Shown here: piece after piece, positions 24,050 to 31,528 of the stretch
Numbering within the stretch: the first letter of the stretch is position 1
Layout: each line of letters opens with the position of its first letter
Source: a virus
Virus record (IMG/VR): IMGVR_UViG_3300002026_000009
Location: 1 to 64,000 of that record
Length of the DNA: 64,000 nt
Strand: one strand, 5' to 3'
Translations under genes and position numbers: made by a program
Notes under the pieces: model-generated
The model's input: the letters and a program-made list of their open reading frames with translations, nothing else
Database searches by the model: none
Told to the model about the DNA's origin: nothing

Positions 24050-24124
24050 GGAGGTATAACTTAACGGTTAAAGTACGGCACTTTTAATGCTGTAATCAGG
24101 GTTCGATTCCCTGTGCCTCCACCA
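24050..24124 (+). tRNA. tRNA-Lys (TTT)
   Basis: Acceptor GGAGGTA/TGCCTCC, anticodon arm CGGCA-CTTTTAA-TGCTG, CCA. Confidence 0.85.
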
Positions 24125-24165
24125 TATTTAAATGTATTGTTTAGTGCCTTTAAATATGGTAATGT

Positions 24166-24240
24166 TGGGGGTTAGTGAAATGGTTATCACCACGCACTTT
24201 GACTGCGTTATTTCAAGTTCGAGTCTTGAACCCTCTGCCA
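24166..24240 (+). tRNA. tRNA-Gln (TTG)
   Basis: U1 is unpaired and G73 is present, as in bacterial tRNA-Gln. Perfect D arm GTGA/TCAC. Anticodon arm ACGCA-CTTTGAC-TGCGT, CCA. Confidence 0.85.
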
Positions 24241-24253
24241 AATAAGGAAACGT

Positions 24254-24592
24254 ATGGAAAGACCAGACTGCTGGAAGATTGTTAAAATAACTGCTCCAAC
24301 CGGAGAAATACACTATCGTGTAGCAATGGGCTGGTACGGTGGTTATTTAGGTAGTGATAGCTGGCAGATGAATAGTGGAATTGCTAGCCATTACTTTACA
24401 AACGAGGATAAAGATGTTGTTTTTGTTGGCGTTAGTGGTAGCGAATATATATGTTCACTACACAATGAAGGTTTAAACGGCTACGTTTCAAGCGTGGTTG
24501 TTGGTTATAGTAAAAAACTAGCCAATATAGGTGCTAGTATTGAAGAAGTATTTTTTAGCGAATACTGCGTGTGTAGTTCAATGGTAGAATAA
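24254..24592 (+). CDS. hypothetical protein
   Basis: ORF track entry. The 3' end overlaps tRNA-Gly by 26 nt. Confidence 0.5.
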   Translation: MERPDCWKIVKITAPTGEIHYRVAMGWYGGYLGSDSWQMNSGIASHYFTNEDKDVVFVGVSGSEYICSLHNEGLNGYVSSVVVGYSKKLANIGASIEEVFFSEYCVCSSMVE

Positions 24593-24640
24593 GACGTTGC
24601 CAACGTTTGGACGAGAGTTCGATCCTCTCCACCCGCACCA
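24567..24640 (+). tRNA. tRNA-Gly (GCC)
   Basis: Acceptor GCGTGTG/CACCCGC (one U:C mismatch), anticodon loop TTGCCAA, CCA. Confidence 0.8.
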
Positions 24641-24641
24641 T

Positions 24642-24716
24642 GCTGGATAGACCGAGTGGCGAGGTACCGTCTTGATAAGGCGGCTGTAGATGGATCGTAA
24701 CCATCATCCAGTACCA
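24642..24716 (+). tRNA. tRNA-Ile (GAT)
   Basis: Acceptor GCTGGAT/ATCCAGT, anticodon arm CCGTC-TTGATAA-GGCGG, T arm GATGG-ATCGTAA-CCATC, CCA. Confidence 0.75.
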
Positions 24717-24725
24717 AAATAAAAT

Positions 24726-24804
24726 ACCGTATAGGCCGACAAGGTGTTAGGCAAATGGCTGTTAACCATTCTCAAGCTGGGTTCGATTCCTAGATACGGT
24801 GCCA
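24726..24804 (+). tRNA. tRNA-Asn (GTT)
   Basis: Acceptor ACCGTAT/ATACGGT, anticodon arm AATGG-CTGTTAA-CCATT, G73, CCA. Confidence 0.8.
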
Positions 24805-24811
24805 ATTAAAT

Positions 24812-24888
24812 CCCGATATAGCTCAAGTGGACTAGAGCGTGCGTGTGCACTGCGCAAGATGGTGGTTCGAATCCGCCTTGAGGGGCCA
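24812..24888 (+). tRNA. tRNA-like gene with defective acceptor stem (anticodon position GCA); possible pseudo-tRNA
   Basis: The D arm (GCTC/GAGC) and T arm (GGTGG-TTCGAAT-CCGCC) are perfect and the gene ends GCCA. Only 4 of 7 acceptor pairs form, and the loop GTGCACT is atypical. Confidence 0.4.
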
Positions 24889-25027
24889 AGAAAAAAGTAT
24901 CGTATAGGGAACATTGCCGAATACTTCACCCTGGACTGGGCGTCCATCGGAACCTATAGACCTTCTGCAGGGGGTTTATAACAGTGTTTATTTAACATTG
25001 TTATAAGTCAGGCAAAGAAATTTGCAC

Positions 25028-25056
25028 TTGCCTTGTTTCCTAAAACCCTGTATAAT
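25028..25056 (+). promoter_or_regulatory. promoter TTGCCT-N17-TATAAT
   Basis: Hexamers read directly. Feeds the 560-nt non-coding leader of rsr. Confidence 0.55.
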
Positions 25057-25069
25057 TATATCTTTAACA

Positions 25070-25276
25070 GCGACTAAAACAACACACTGTTGTAGCGAAA
25101 GTAAACTGCTTGGCGGCAGTTAAAATCAGTTACTTCAAACTATGATGGTCTGGGCTTGTAACCGGACGCCCCTCATATACGGTTAGTATATAATCCCTAA
25201 TGTAAGGCATGTTGTAGGTTAATGAACATGCTGAGCACTGATGCGGATATTCTCAATAGTGTGTTGCTTTAGTTGT
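25070..25276 (+). ncRNA. Y-RNA-like module 1 (long terminal stem)
   Basis: Positions 25070-25088 pair with 25258-25276 over 19 positions with one A:C mismatch. The interior contains CAGTTACTTC (25127) and the hairpins 25177-25191 and 25207-25232. Confidence 0.45.
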
Positions 25277-25283
25277 AGTGTTT

Positions 25284-25371
25284 AAATCGGTTACTTCTTT
25301 TTATTTGTTCTAAAAACGACTGGGTGTTCGATTCCCCGGAGGCCGCTGGTGCATGGGCCAATATCCGATTT
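25284..25371 (+). ncRNA. Y-RNA-like module 2
   Basis: Closing stem AAATCGG/CCGATTT, then TTACTTC, then a degenerate T-arm (GGGTGTTCGATTCCCC) and a D-arm-like GGCC-GCTGGTGCAT-GGCC. Confidence 0.4.
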
Positions 25372-25482
25372 TCCTGTTCTCAACTTTCTTCTTTGGTGTC
25401 TCGACCGTTACGTTCTCGTAATATAAAGACTTGATTTTAGGTAAACCGTCTCCCTAAAGCCAACCCTATTTTAGTAGTGTTA

Positions 25483-25586
25483 GAAACAGTTACTTCACTT
25501 TTAATGAAGAGGTCGGTGGTTCGAGTCCACCCAGGTTGGTCTCTAGCCTGTAGCTCAGTTGGATAGAGCGCTAAAATCTCTGTTTC
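25483..25586 (+). ncRNA. Y-RNA-like module 3 with permuted tRNA-like domain (YrlA-type)
   Basis: Closing stem GAAACAG/CTGTTTC. Order of elements: hairpin CTTCA-CTTTTAA-TGAAG, AGGTC, T arm GGTGG-TTCGAGT-CCACC, acceptor 3' strand CAGGTTG, cap GTCTC, acceptor 5' strand TAGCCTG, TA, D arm GCTC-AGTTGGATA-GAGC. Confidence 0.6.
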
Positions 25587-25621
25587 GTCTTGTTCTCTAA
25601 ATTCTTTTTTTAAAGGAAACT

Positions 25622-26932
25622 ATGTCTTCGATCAATCGCGTATCCCGTGTAGTTAATAAAACTTTCGAGGGTGCTGCTGCAAAACTAATTACTCCTGAAG
25701 CTAAGCTGAATCGTGTGGTTATGGCTTCCATGCTGTGGGAAGGACAATTTTACATCGACGGCCAAAAGTCGGCTGATGTAATTAAAGACCTTGTTGCTAA
25801 AGTCGACCCTAAGGTGGTAGAGTCTATTGCAATCAAGGCACGCGAAGCCATGAAACTTCGCCATGTGCCACTGTTCATTACCCGTGAACTGGCACGTATC
25901 GGCAAACTCTCACACGAGGTGCTAACTCGTGTTATCCAGCGTCCTGACGAATTGGGTGAGTTTGTATCAATGTATTGGATGGATAAGAAACAACCGCTGT
26001 CCAATCAAGTTAAACGTGGTCTAGCTAACGCTTTCCACAAGTTTAACGAATACCAGTTTGCTAAGTGGAATAAGTCTAGCGCAGCTGTGAAGCTCCGTGA
26101 TGTACTATTCCTAACCCACGCTAAACCTCGTACAGAGGGTGAGGCCGATCTCTTCAAGCGTATCGCTGATGAGAAACTGGAAACTCCAGATACTTGGGAA
26201 ACCGAGCTGTCTGGTGGTGCGGATAAAGGTGCTACCTTTACTCGCCTTATGAAGGAAAATAAGTTGGGTGCACTGGCATTCCTTCGTAACCTGCGGAATA
26301 TGGTACAGGCTGGAGTTGACGAAAGCCTTATCCGGGAATACGCTCGTGGTGTGAATACTGACCGTGTTCTTCCATTCCGCTTCCTTGCAGCAGCCCGCAT
26401 CGTTCCTCAATTCGAGGACATGCTGGAAAGCATGATGCTTCGTAGCCTTGAAAGCCACGAAAAGCTGCCAGGAAAAACCGTTCTGCTAATCGACGTTAGT
26501 GGCTCGATGTTCGGTACGAAAGTATCTGAAAAGAGCGATCTTGATCGTTTTGACGCAGCAGCTGCACTTGCTATTCTAGCTCGTGAAATCTGTGAAGAAG
26601 TAGAAATCTACTCCTTCTCGTACAACGCAGTTCGCGTTCCAGCCCGTCGTGGCATGGCACTGGTAGAGGCTATTCGCAACAGCCAAAACCACGGTGGTAC
26701 AGCAACAGGTAAAGCTGTTCGTAGCATTAACGCTAATGTTGAGTATACTCGCTGTATCATCTTCACCGATGAACAGTCGCATGACGTAGTACCTAACCCA
26801 ACAGGTATTGGTTATATCATCAACGTAGCTGCCTACGAAAACGGTATCGGTAACTCTAACTGGACTACCATTAGTGGTATGTCTGAAGCCGTTATCGACT
26901 ATATCCAGTTGTCTGAAAAGACAGTGGATTAA
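25622..26932 (+). CDS. rsr: Ro60-related protein (Rsr): TROVE + vWA domains
   Basis: 436 aa. The N-terminal part is TROVE-like. The vWA MIDAS motif LLIDVSGSM is present. AAAGGAAA RBS, TAA stop. Confidence 0.75.
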   Translation: MSSINRVSRVVNKTFEGAAAKLITPEAKLNRVVMASMLWEGQFYIDGQKSADVIKDLVAKVDPKVVESIAIKAREAMKLRHVPLFITRELARIGKLSHEVLTRVIQRPDELGEFVSMYWMDKKQPLSNQVKRGLANAFHKFNEYQFAKWNKSSAAVKLRDVLFLTHAKPRTEGEADLFKRIADEKLETPDTWETELSGGADKGATFTRLMKENKLGALAFLRNLRNMVQAGVDESLIREYARGVNTDRVLPFRFLAAARIVPQFEDMLESMMLRSLESHEKLPGKTVLLIDVSGSMFGTKVSEKSDLDRFDAAAALAILAREICEEVEIYSFSYNAVRVPARRGMALVEAIRNSQNHGGTATGKAVRSINANVEYTRCIIFTDEQSHDVVPNPTGIGYIINVAAYENGIGNSNWTTISGMSEAVIDYIQLSEKTVD

Positions 26933-27075
26933 AGACTAGAATTGATCCTTCTAGTCTACAACGCGTGATGCTCCAGGAACCACTTGCCTATGGTCGAGAG
27001 CTAGTAACCACACGGTAGTCAGTCCGGTTAAATAATGTTGGCTCTAAGCTTCGGCTTAGAAAAGTGCTTAGTGTA

Positions 27076-27116
27076 GTAACAGTTACTTCATTTTTGGTAT
27101 AATAAAAGCCTGTTAC
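27076..27116 (+). ncRNA. Y-RNA-like module 4 (stem-loop only)
   Basis: GTAACAG/CTGTTAC stem enclosing TTACTTC... Confidence 0.3.
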
Positions 27117-27272
27117 GCTTTTTCTAGCTCTTTTCTAAGCCATAGCGTATATTTTGATTACATCACTAACCACACTTCTAGTACCGCACAGTTGGGTGCA
27201 TGCAGGGTTCGAATCCCAGGGCAAAAACATCAAAATAGTTTTTCTTGGCTAATTTTTACAATCCTTAGCGTA

Positions 27273-27381
27273 TAAACAGTTACTTCTTAACCTCAATAGC
27301 CGTACCTGGGTTCGATTCCCAGCATCCCTAAACTGGGGTGTAATCTAATGGTAGGATTGGCTAACTAAAAAAGCCTGTTTA
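27273..27381 (+). ncRNA. Y-RNA-like module 5 with permuted tRNA-like domain (YrlA-type)
   Basis: Closing stem TAAACAG/CTGTTTA, then TTACTTC. T arm CTGGG-TTCGATT-CCCAG, acceptor CATCCCT-AAAC-TGGGGTG capped by a tetraloop, then TA and the D arm ATCT-AATGGTA-GGAT. Confidence 0.6.
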
Positions 27382-27405
27382 ATTTTTCTAGGATTACTTT
27401 ATATT

Positions 27406-27492
27406 GGAAGATGTGTTGCAAGGTGCGACATCGGTTTGCTAAACCGCCGTTCAGAAATGGGCTGATAGGTTCGATTCCTATATCTTCCGCCA
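27406..27492 (+). tRNA. tRNA-Ser (GCT)
   Basis: Class II. Acceptor GGAAGAT/ATCTTCC, anticodon loop TTGCTAA, variable arm CGTTCAGAAATGGGCTG, G73, CCA. Confidence 0.85.
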
Positions 27493-27505
27493 ACTAATAA
27501 ATATT

Positions 27506-27733
27506 ATGCACGACCCTAAATCGCTAGAAGCGTTCTTCTTAGAGTATATGCCTAGGACTAAAGAAGTTCTAGAGTCACTATGGGCTACAGATCGACGTGA
27601 GTTGTCCTAGGTTCTTCAAGAGTTTATGCGCGCAAGCGGAGAAAATTCTTGGATGTACCCGTATTTTTCCGATCTAGATTATTACACACGAACAGCACAA
27701 CATAAGTACACCAATCCCTGGGAAGTACTGTGA
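27506..27733 (+). CDS. hypothetical protein, 1 in-frame TAG (27608)
   Basis: MHDPKSLEAFF...RELS-TAG-VLQEFMRASG... The TGA stop overlaps the GTG start of the next gene. Confidence 0.45.
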
Positions 27734-27954
27734 GCAATATATCCACTGATTACGTCGCTAGTGATACCACTAGGCGACGTATTGTTGTTACTAGTCTCAT
27801 CCTTAGCTGGGCCATTATAGGCTGGCTAATTTTATACGGCAATCAATCTAATAGCCTACACGAATCGGCTTTAGCCTGGAGTTACGCGTACAATATTTTA
27901 GTACTATTTGCATATAGCTTTGGTACTATTATTAAAGACTACTTTAAGAAATAA
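27730..27954 (+). CDS. membrane protein (74 aa)
   Basis: ORF track entry. Two hydrophobic segments. Confidence 0.5.
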   Translation: MSNISTDYVASDTTRRRIVVTSLILSWAIIGWLILYGNQSNSLHESALAWSYAYNILVLFAYSFGTIIKDYFKK

Positions 27955-27955
27955 T

Positions 27956-28029
27956 ATCTCCTTAGTGTAATGGCAACACGTCGCGCTCCAAACGCGTTAA
28001 TCAGGGTTCGAGTCCTTGAGGGGATGCCA
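27956..28029 (+). tRNA. tRNA-Trp (CCA)
   Basis: Acceptor ATCTCCT/AGGGGAT, anticodon loop CTCCAAA, G73, CCA. Confidence 0.85.
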
Positions 28030-28035
28030 AAACCT

Positions 28036-28127
28036 GGAAAGTAGTGCAGCGGGGCTGGTCCTGCGACGAGCCTTGAAAACTCGGTTCTCAGAAATGGGAT
28101 GGGGTTCGACTCCTCTGCTTTCCTCCA
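28036..28127 (+). tRNA. tRNA-Ser (TGA)
   Basis: Class II. Acceptor GGAAAGT/GCTTTCC, anticodon loop CTTGAAA, variable arm containing CAGAAATGG. The D loop is long and position 73 is U. Confidence 0.7.
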
Positions 28128-28166
28128 ATTTTTAACCAGCGCCCACCGCGCAAAATTTAGCACATT

Positions 28167-28793
28167 ATGAGTAAAGATTCCAAAAGCATTGACCTTGATA
28201 ACATTGTTAGTGGAGGCTCTAATGTCTTTACTAAAACAGTTGCACGTGACTATAGCTTCTACCTTAGTGGAGAAATTCTAGAGCCTAGTGAATATATAGA
28301 GTGGTTTGATACTATTCGCACTGCTGGGCCCAACGACAGCGTAACCATTCACATTAATTAGATGGGTGGCAATCTAGATACAGCTATTCAGTTTATTCGT
28401 GTTCTAGGTGAGACTCAAGCAGAGGTTATTACTAGCGTTGAAGGTTCTTGCATGAGTGCAGCTACCATGATCTTTTTATAGGGTCATAGTCTACAGATTA
28501 CACCTTTTAGCCTTTTCATGTTCCACAACTATAGTGGAGGTGCCTTTGGTAAGGGCGGGGAAATGTACGACAACATTATGTTCGAACGTAAGTGGTCAAG
28601 TGAATTTTTACACCATGTTTACAAAGACTTCTTAACAGCAGAAGAAATTAATTCTATGCTAGATAATAAAGATATTTGGATGGGACATACAGAGGCGGAA
28701 GATCGCTGCCGTAAAATGATGAAGGCGCGTACCGCAGCAACAAAAGCTCAACAGTGTGAACTTGATATAGACGACGCAGATGACGCCAGTTAA
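28167..28793 (+). CDS. ClpP-like serine protease, 2 in-frame TAG (28359, 28479)
   Basis: ORFs 28167..28361 and 28518..28793 plus the piece between them share one frame. IHIN-TAG-MGG resembles ClpP INSPGG, GSCMSAA carries the Ser, and MFHNYSGGAFG resembles MIHQPxGG with the His. Confidence 0.7.
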
Positions 28794-28800
28794 TTAACAC

Positions 28801-28829
28801 TTGAATTGTCTGTTAAGTTTTGATATAAT
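28801..28829 (+). promoter_or_regulatory. promoter TTGAAT-N17-TATAAT
   Basis: Feeds the tRNA-Cys, Met and Arg block. Confidence 0.6.
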
Positions 28830-28838
28830 TATTCTTTA

Positions 28839-28913
28839 AATACAGTGGCCGAGCGGCGAGGCAAGTGATTGCAAATCACTATTATGTGGGTTCGAATCCC
28901 ATCTGTATTTCCA
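28839..28913 (+). tRNA. tRNA-Cys (GCA)
   Basis: Perfect acceptor AATACAG/CTGTATT, anticodon loop TTGCAAA, U73, CCA. Confidence 0.85.
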
Positions 28914-28914
28914 T

Positions 28915-28991
28915 AGTCAAGTAGCTCCAACGGTTAGAGTAACGGTTTCATACGCCGGCTGTTGTAGGTTCGAGTCCTACCTTGACTACCA
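28915..28991 (+). tRNA. tRNA (CAT): elongator Met or Ile2
   Basis: Acceptor AGTCAAG/CTTGACT, anticodon loop TTCATAC, T arm GTAGG-TTCGAGT-CCTAC, CCA. Confidence 0.8.
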
Positions 28992-28994
28992 AAT

Positions 28995-29069
28995 ACCTCG
29001 TTAGTACAACGGATAGTGCACTAGGCTACGAACCTGGGAATGTGAGTTCGATTCTTGCACGAGGTACCA
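28995..29069 (+). tRNA. tRNA-Arg (ACG)
   Basis: Acceptor ACCTCGT/ACGAGGT, anticodon arm CTAGG-CTACGAA-CCTGG, CCA. Confidence 0.85.
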
Positions 29070-29070
29070 T

Positions 29071-29196
29071 AAATAACCGCATACATCAGCTACAATGGAA
29101 CACCGATAGCCTATTACAAGTTCCGGATACGTAATAGGCAGGCCATGAAGAGTTAGAGCTGGCAGAAGTTTAAGCATTCAGTATGCGGTTATTTAT
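29071..29196 (+). other. 126-nt structured element closed by a 14-bp stem
   Basis: AAATAACCGCATAC (29071-29084) pairs with GTATGCGGTTATTT (29183-29196). An inner 9-bp hairpin GCCTATTAC/GTAATAGGC is present. The 3' arm covers the RBS and start of the next CDS. Confidence 0.4.
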
Positions 29197-29476
29197 GGCA
29201 AAAACATTTACATCTATTAAAAATCCAGCACTACAGCTAACTGACCAACTACCATTTGGTAAGTTTAAAGGCTGTAGAATTTGTGATATACTCGAGGACG
29301 ATTGGGAATATCTTAAGTGGATGAAGCAAAATACTAGCATTAACTTTAGCCGACCAGTACTTGACTCAATTACAGCGCGGTTTTCAGCTTGGGCAGATGA
29401 AACACACTATAACGAAGAAGTAGCCCCGTATCTTAACAATGATGCCGATATTGACCCAGAGGATGTACCATTTTGA
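29195..29476 (+). CDS. hypothetical protein
   Basis: ORF 29183..29476. Start at MAKTF. Confidence 0.55.
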   Translation: MAKTFTSIKNPALQLTDQLPFGKFKGCRICDILEDDWEYLKWMKQNTSINFSRPVLDSITARFSAWADETHYNEEVAPYLNNDADIDPEDVPF

Positions 29477-29700
29477 CTAAACGAGTATTTAAAACCGTAT
29501 CACTTAGCCCTAATACATCAACACAACGTAGTACTGAGTATATTCCTAGTCGCGTGACTTCTGGTGGTTCTACTGCTGCTAAGCCTGTAATGACGTATAC
29601 CGGACATGAAATGGTTGGCATTGCTATTATTCATAAAAGCTGCCTGCAACCTGTCTTTAGTAAAGAAGCAGCCGAAGATACCGCTAAAATGCGTAGATAA
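29473..29700 (+). CDS. hypothetical protein
   Basis: ATGA overlap. TAA stop. Confidence 0.55.
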   Translation: MTKRVFKTVSLSPNTSTQRSTEYIPSRVTSGGSTAAKPVMTYTGHEMVGIAIIHKSCLQPVFSKEAAEDTAKMRR

Positions 29701-29705
29701 ATAAA

Positions 29706-29779
29706 GCGTGGTTCGTTTAATGGTAGGACTTCTGCCTTCCAAGCAGATAGCAAGGGTTCGATTCCCTTACCCCGCACCA
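29706..29779 (+). tRNA. tRNA-Gly (TCC)
   Basis: Acceptor GCGTGGT/ACCCCGC, anticodon arm TCTGC-CTTCCAA-GCAGA, CCA. Confidence 0.85.
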
Positions 29780-29788
29780 AGGAAAATA

Positions 29789-30112
29789 ATGTATACATCA
29801 TATTATACTTATCTAGAAGAAACAAGTGTTCGCAGATCAAAGTATGCAGAACCAATTAACGATTTAGAACCCATGAGAACCAATCTTACAAACGATAACA
29901 TCGAAACCTACGTTCGTAAACACGCTTACATCGTAGCATCCATGTCCGATGCTGGTCTTAGCGTTGCCGAGGCTCCTGTAATTCATCCTACAATTATCGT
30001 AGCACGTGCAGAATGCCAACGTCTTGCTAAACTGAATCCTGGTAAAAACTTCATTGCCCTACAATTAGGCGCATTGGAGCGAGTAGCGTATCAGCCAAAC
30101 GTTTCAATTTAA
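29789..30112 (+). CDS. hypothetical protein
   Basis: ORF 29708..30112, trimmed to the Met after the tRNA (GGAAAA RBS). Confidence 0.55.
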   Translation: MYTSYYTYLEETSVRRSKYAEPINDLEPMRTNLTNDNIETYVRKHAYIVASMSDAGLSVAEAPVIHPTIIVARAECQRLAKLNPGKNFIALQLGALERVAYQPNVSI

Positions 30113-30116
30113 TCAC

Positions 30117-30145
30117 TTGATTCGTTGAAGTGTTTATTGTATAAT
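30117..30145 (+). promoter_or_regulatory. promoter TTGATT-N17-TATAAT
   Basis: Hexamers read directly. Confidence 0.55.
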
Positions 30146-30169
30146 TTATACTTCAACGGAGAAATTAAA

Positions 30170-30517
30170 ATGGAAAATATGCGTAAAATTGTTGTCCACG
30201 TTACTGCTGGTACTGGTATGGATAACTGGGAGTTCTACGAAGTAGACCCTAAGGTAGAGCGAGGCGTAATCGACAACTTTGCTGAAGAGGCCGCCATCGA
30301 ATGGGCAGATTCATATGGCATAGGCGACCCCGGCAATTACCCAGACGAGCAAGACTTCGAAGACGATGAAGATGGGTACTCTGATGCCATTGATGAATGG
30401 GAAGCAGCCAGCCACGACTGGGATCAAGTAGAAGGCTCATTCGAAGATTACGTTCCAGAAAAACACGATGGATACTCAATGACGGGTACTCCAGAGTTTC
30501 AACGCTTCTCTAGCTGA
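30170..30517 (+). CDS. hypothetical very acidic protein
   Basis: GGAG RBS before ATG 30170. The 3' end overlaps tRNA-Phe. Confidence 0.55.
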   Translation: MENMRKIVVHVTAGTGMDNWEFYEVDPKVERGVIDNFAEEAAIEWADSYGIGDPGNYPDEQDFEDDEDGYSDAIDEWEAASHDWDQVEGSFEDYVPEKHDGYSMTGTPEFQRFSS

Positions 30518-30579
30518 TGAGGTCATAGCAGTGGATTGAAAATCCATGGAAACAGGTTCGAGTCCTGTGGGAAGCACCA
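30504..30579 (+). tRNA. tRNA-Phe (GAA)
   Basis: Acceptor GCTTCTC/GGGAAGC, anticodon arm GTGGA-TTGAAAA-TCCAT, CCA. Confidence 0.8.
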
Positions 30580-30590
30580 TACAAATCAAT

Positions 30591-30776
30591 ATGACAACAC
30601 TATTTGCCTTATACATTTGGACAGTTGTAGGTGTAGGAGAAAGTCGCGTATCTAGCCTAGTTAAATACGACTGGCGATACAGTGGTGAGTATAAAACACT
30701 AGCTCATTGTGAGCGTGCTAGAACTGCATTAGGTCTAAAACCTGAAGTATCTAGATGTATAGACACAGGTAAGTGA
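30591..30776 (+). CDS. small secreted/membrane protein
   Basis: MTTLFALYIWTVVGVG. ORF 30546..30776 trimmed. Confidence 0.45.
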   Translation: MTTLFALYIWTVVGVGESRVSSLVKYDWRYSGEYKTLAHCERARTALGLKPEVSRCIDTGK

Positions 30777-30821
30777 TCATATTTTTAACCCTAAATTATA
30801 CCCTAATTCGGGGTTAAACAT

Positions 30822-30989
30822 ATGATAAGTAAAGATAAATTAGAAAAAGTAGCCGCTATAATTCATAAATTTAATACAGAGTATAAGTTTATAAAAGAGC
30901 CTGACTTTCCTCCATGTCCAATATGTGGGCGCATTATTTACTGCGGAGTAAATGAACTATGTTCATTGAAAGAATGTCCTAAAAAATGA
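30822..30989 (+). CDS. small CxxC...C protein (55 aa)
   Basis: PPCPICGRIIYCG...CSLKEC. ATGA overlap with the next gene. Confidence 0.4.
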   Translation: MISKDKLEKVAAIIHKFNTEYKFIKEPDFPPCPICGRIIYCGVNELCSLKECPKK

Positions 30990-31522
30990 GCAATATTTTT
31001 CTTATTAGTGATAGTCACTTCTCACACGAAAATAGCTGGAAAACCTTCAAGCTAGATGACGGAGTTACTCCAATGCGTCCATTTACCTCAACTGAGGAAA
31101 TGGATGAAACAATGGTAGATAATTGGAACCGTGTAGTACGTCCACAAGACAAAGTATATCATCTAGGTGATATTGCAATGTCTAAGCGTCCACTACATGC
31201 AATCATGCCTAGACTTAATGGAGAGAAAGTCCTTATTAAAGGCAACCATGATATTGAAAAAATTACTTGCTACCTCCAGTACTTTAAGGATGTTAGAGGT
31301 AGTCACATGCTCGATAGGTTGGCGCTTAGTCACATACCTATTCATCCTGATAGTCTATCTCGCTGGCGCGGCAACATTCACGGGCATTTGCACAACTACC
31401 ACGTAAAACTTCCTAACGGGTTATTCGACCCTAGATACGTTTGTGTTAGTGTAGAGCGTATTAACTATACTCCGATACCTTTCGAAGAAGTTAATACTAT
31501 GTTTAAGGCAAGAGGTCTTTAA
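30986..31522 (+). CDS. metallophosphoesterase (Ser/Thr phosphatase-like)
   Basis: Motifs ISDSHF, HLGDI, GNHD and GHLH. Confidence 0.7.
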   Translation: MSNIFLISDSHFSHENSWKTFKLDDGVTPMRPFTSTEEMDETMVDNWNRVVRPQDKVYHLGDIAMSKRPLHAIMPRLNGEKVLIKGNHDIEKITCYLQYFKDVRGSHMLDRLALSHIPIHPDSLSRWRGNIHGHLHNYHVKLPNGLFDPRYVCVSVERINYTPIPFEEVNTMFKARGL

Positions 31523-31528
31523 TTAACC

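Noticed and set aside
25486-25540. An ordinary tRNA-Lys(UUU) upstream of rsr.
   Set aside because: The anticodon, variable, T and acceptor-3' elements are present, but no acceptor-5' or D arm precedes them. Those parts follow downstream, which gives a permuted tRNA-like module rather than a tRNA gene.
25750-26782. Antisense and alternative-frame ORFs inside rsr (25750..26004, 26005..26400, 26111..26458, 26576..26782).
   Set aside because: They are shadow ORFs of a well-supported 436-aa gene.
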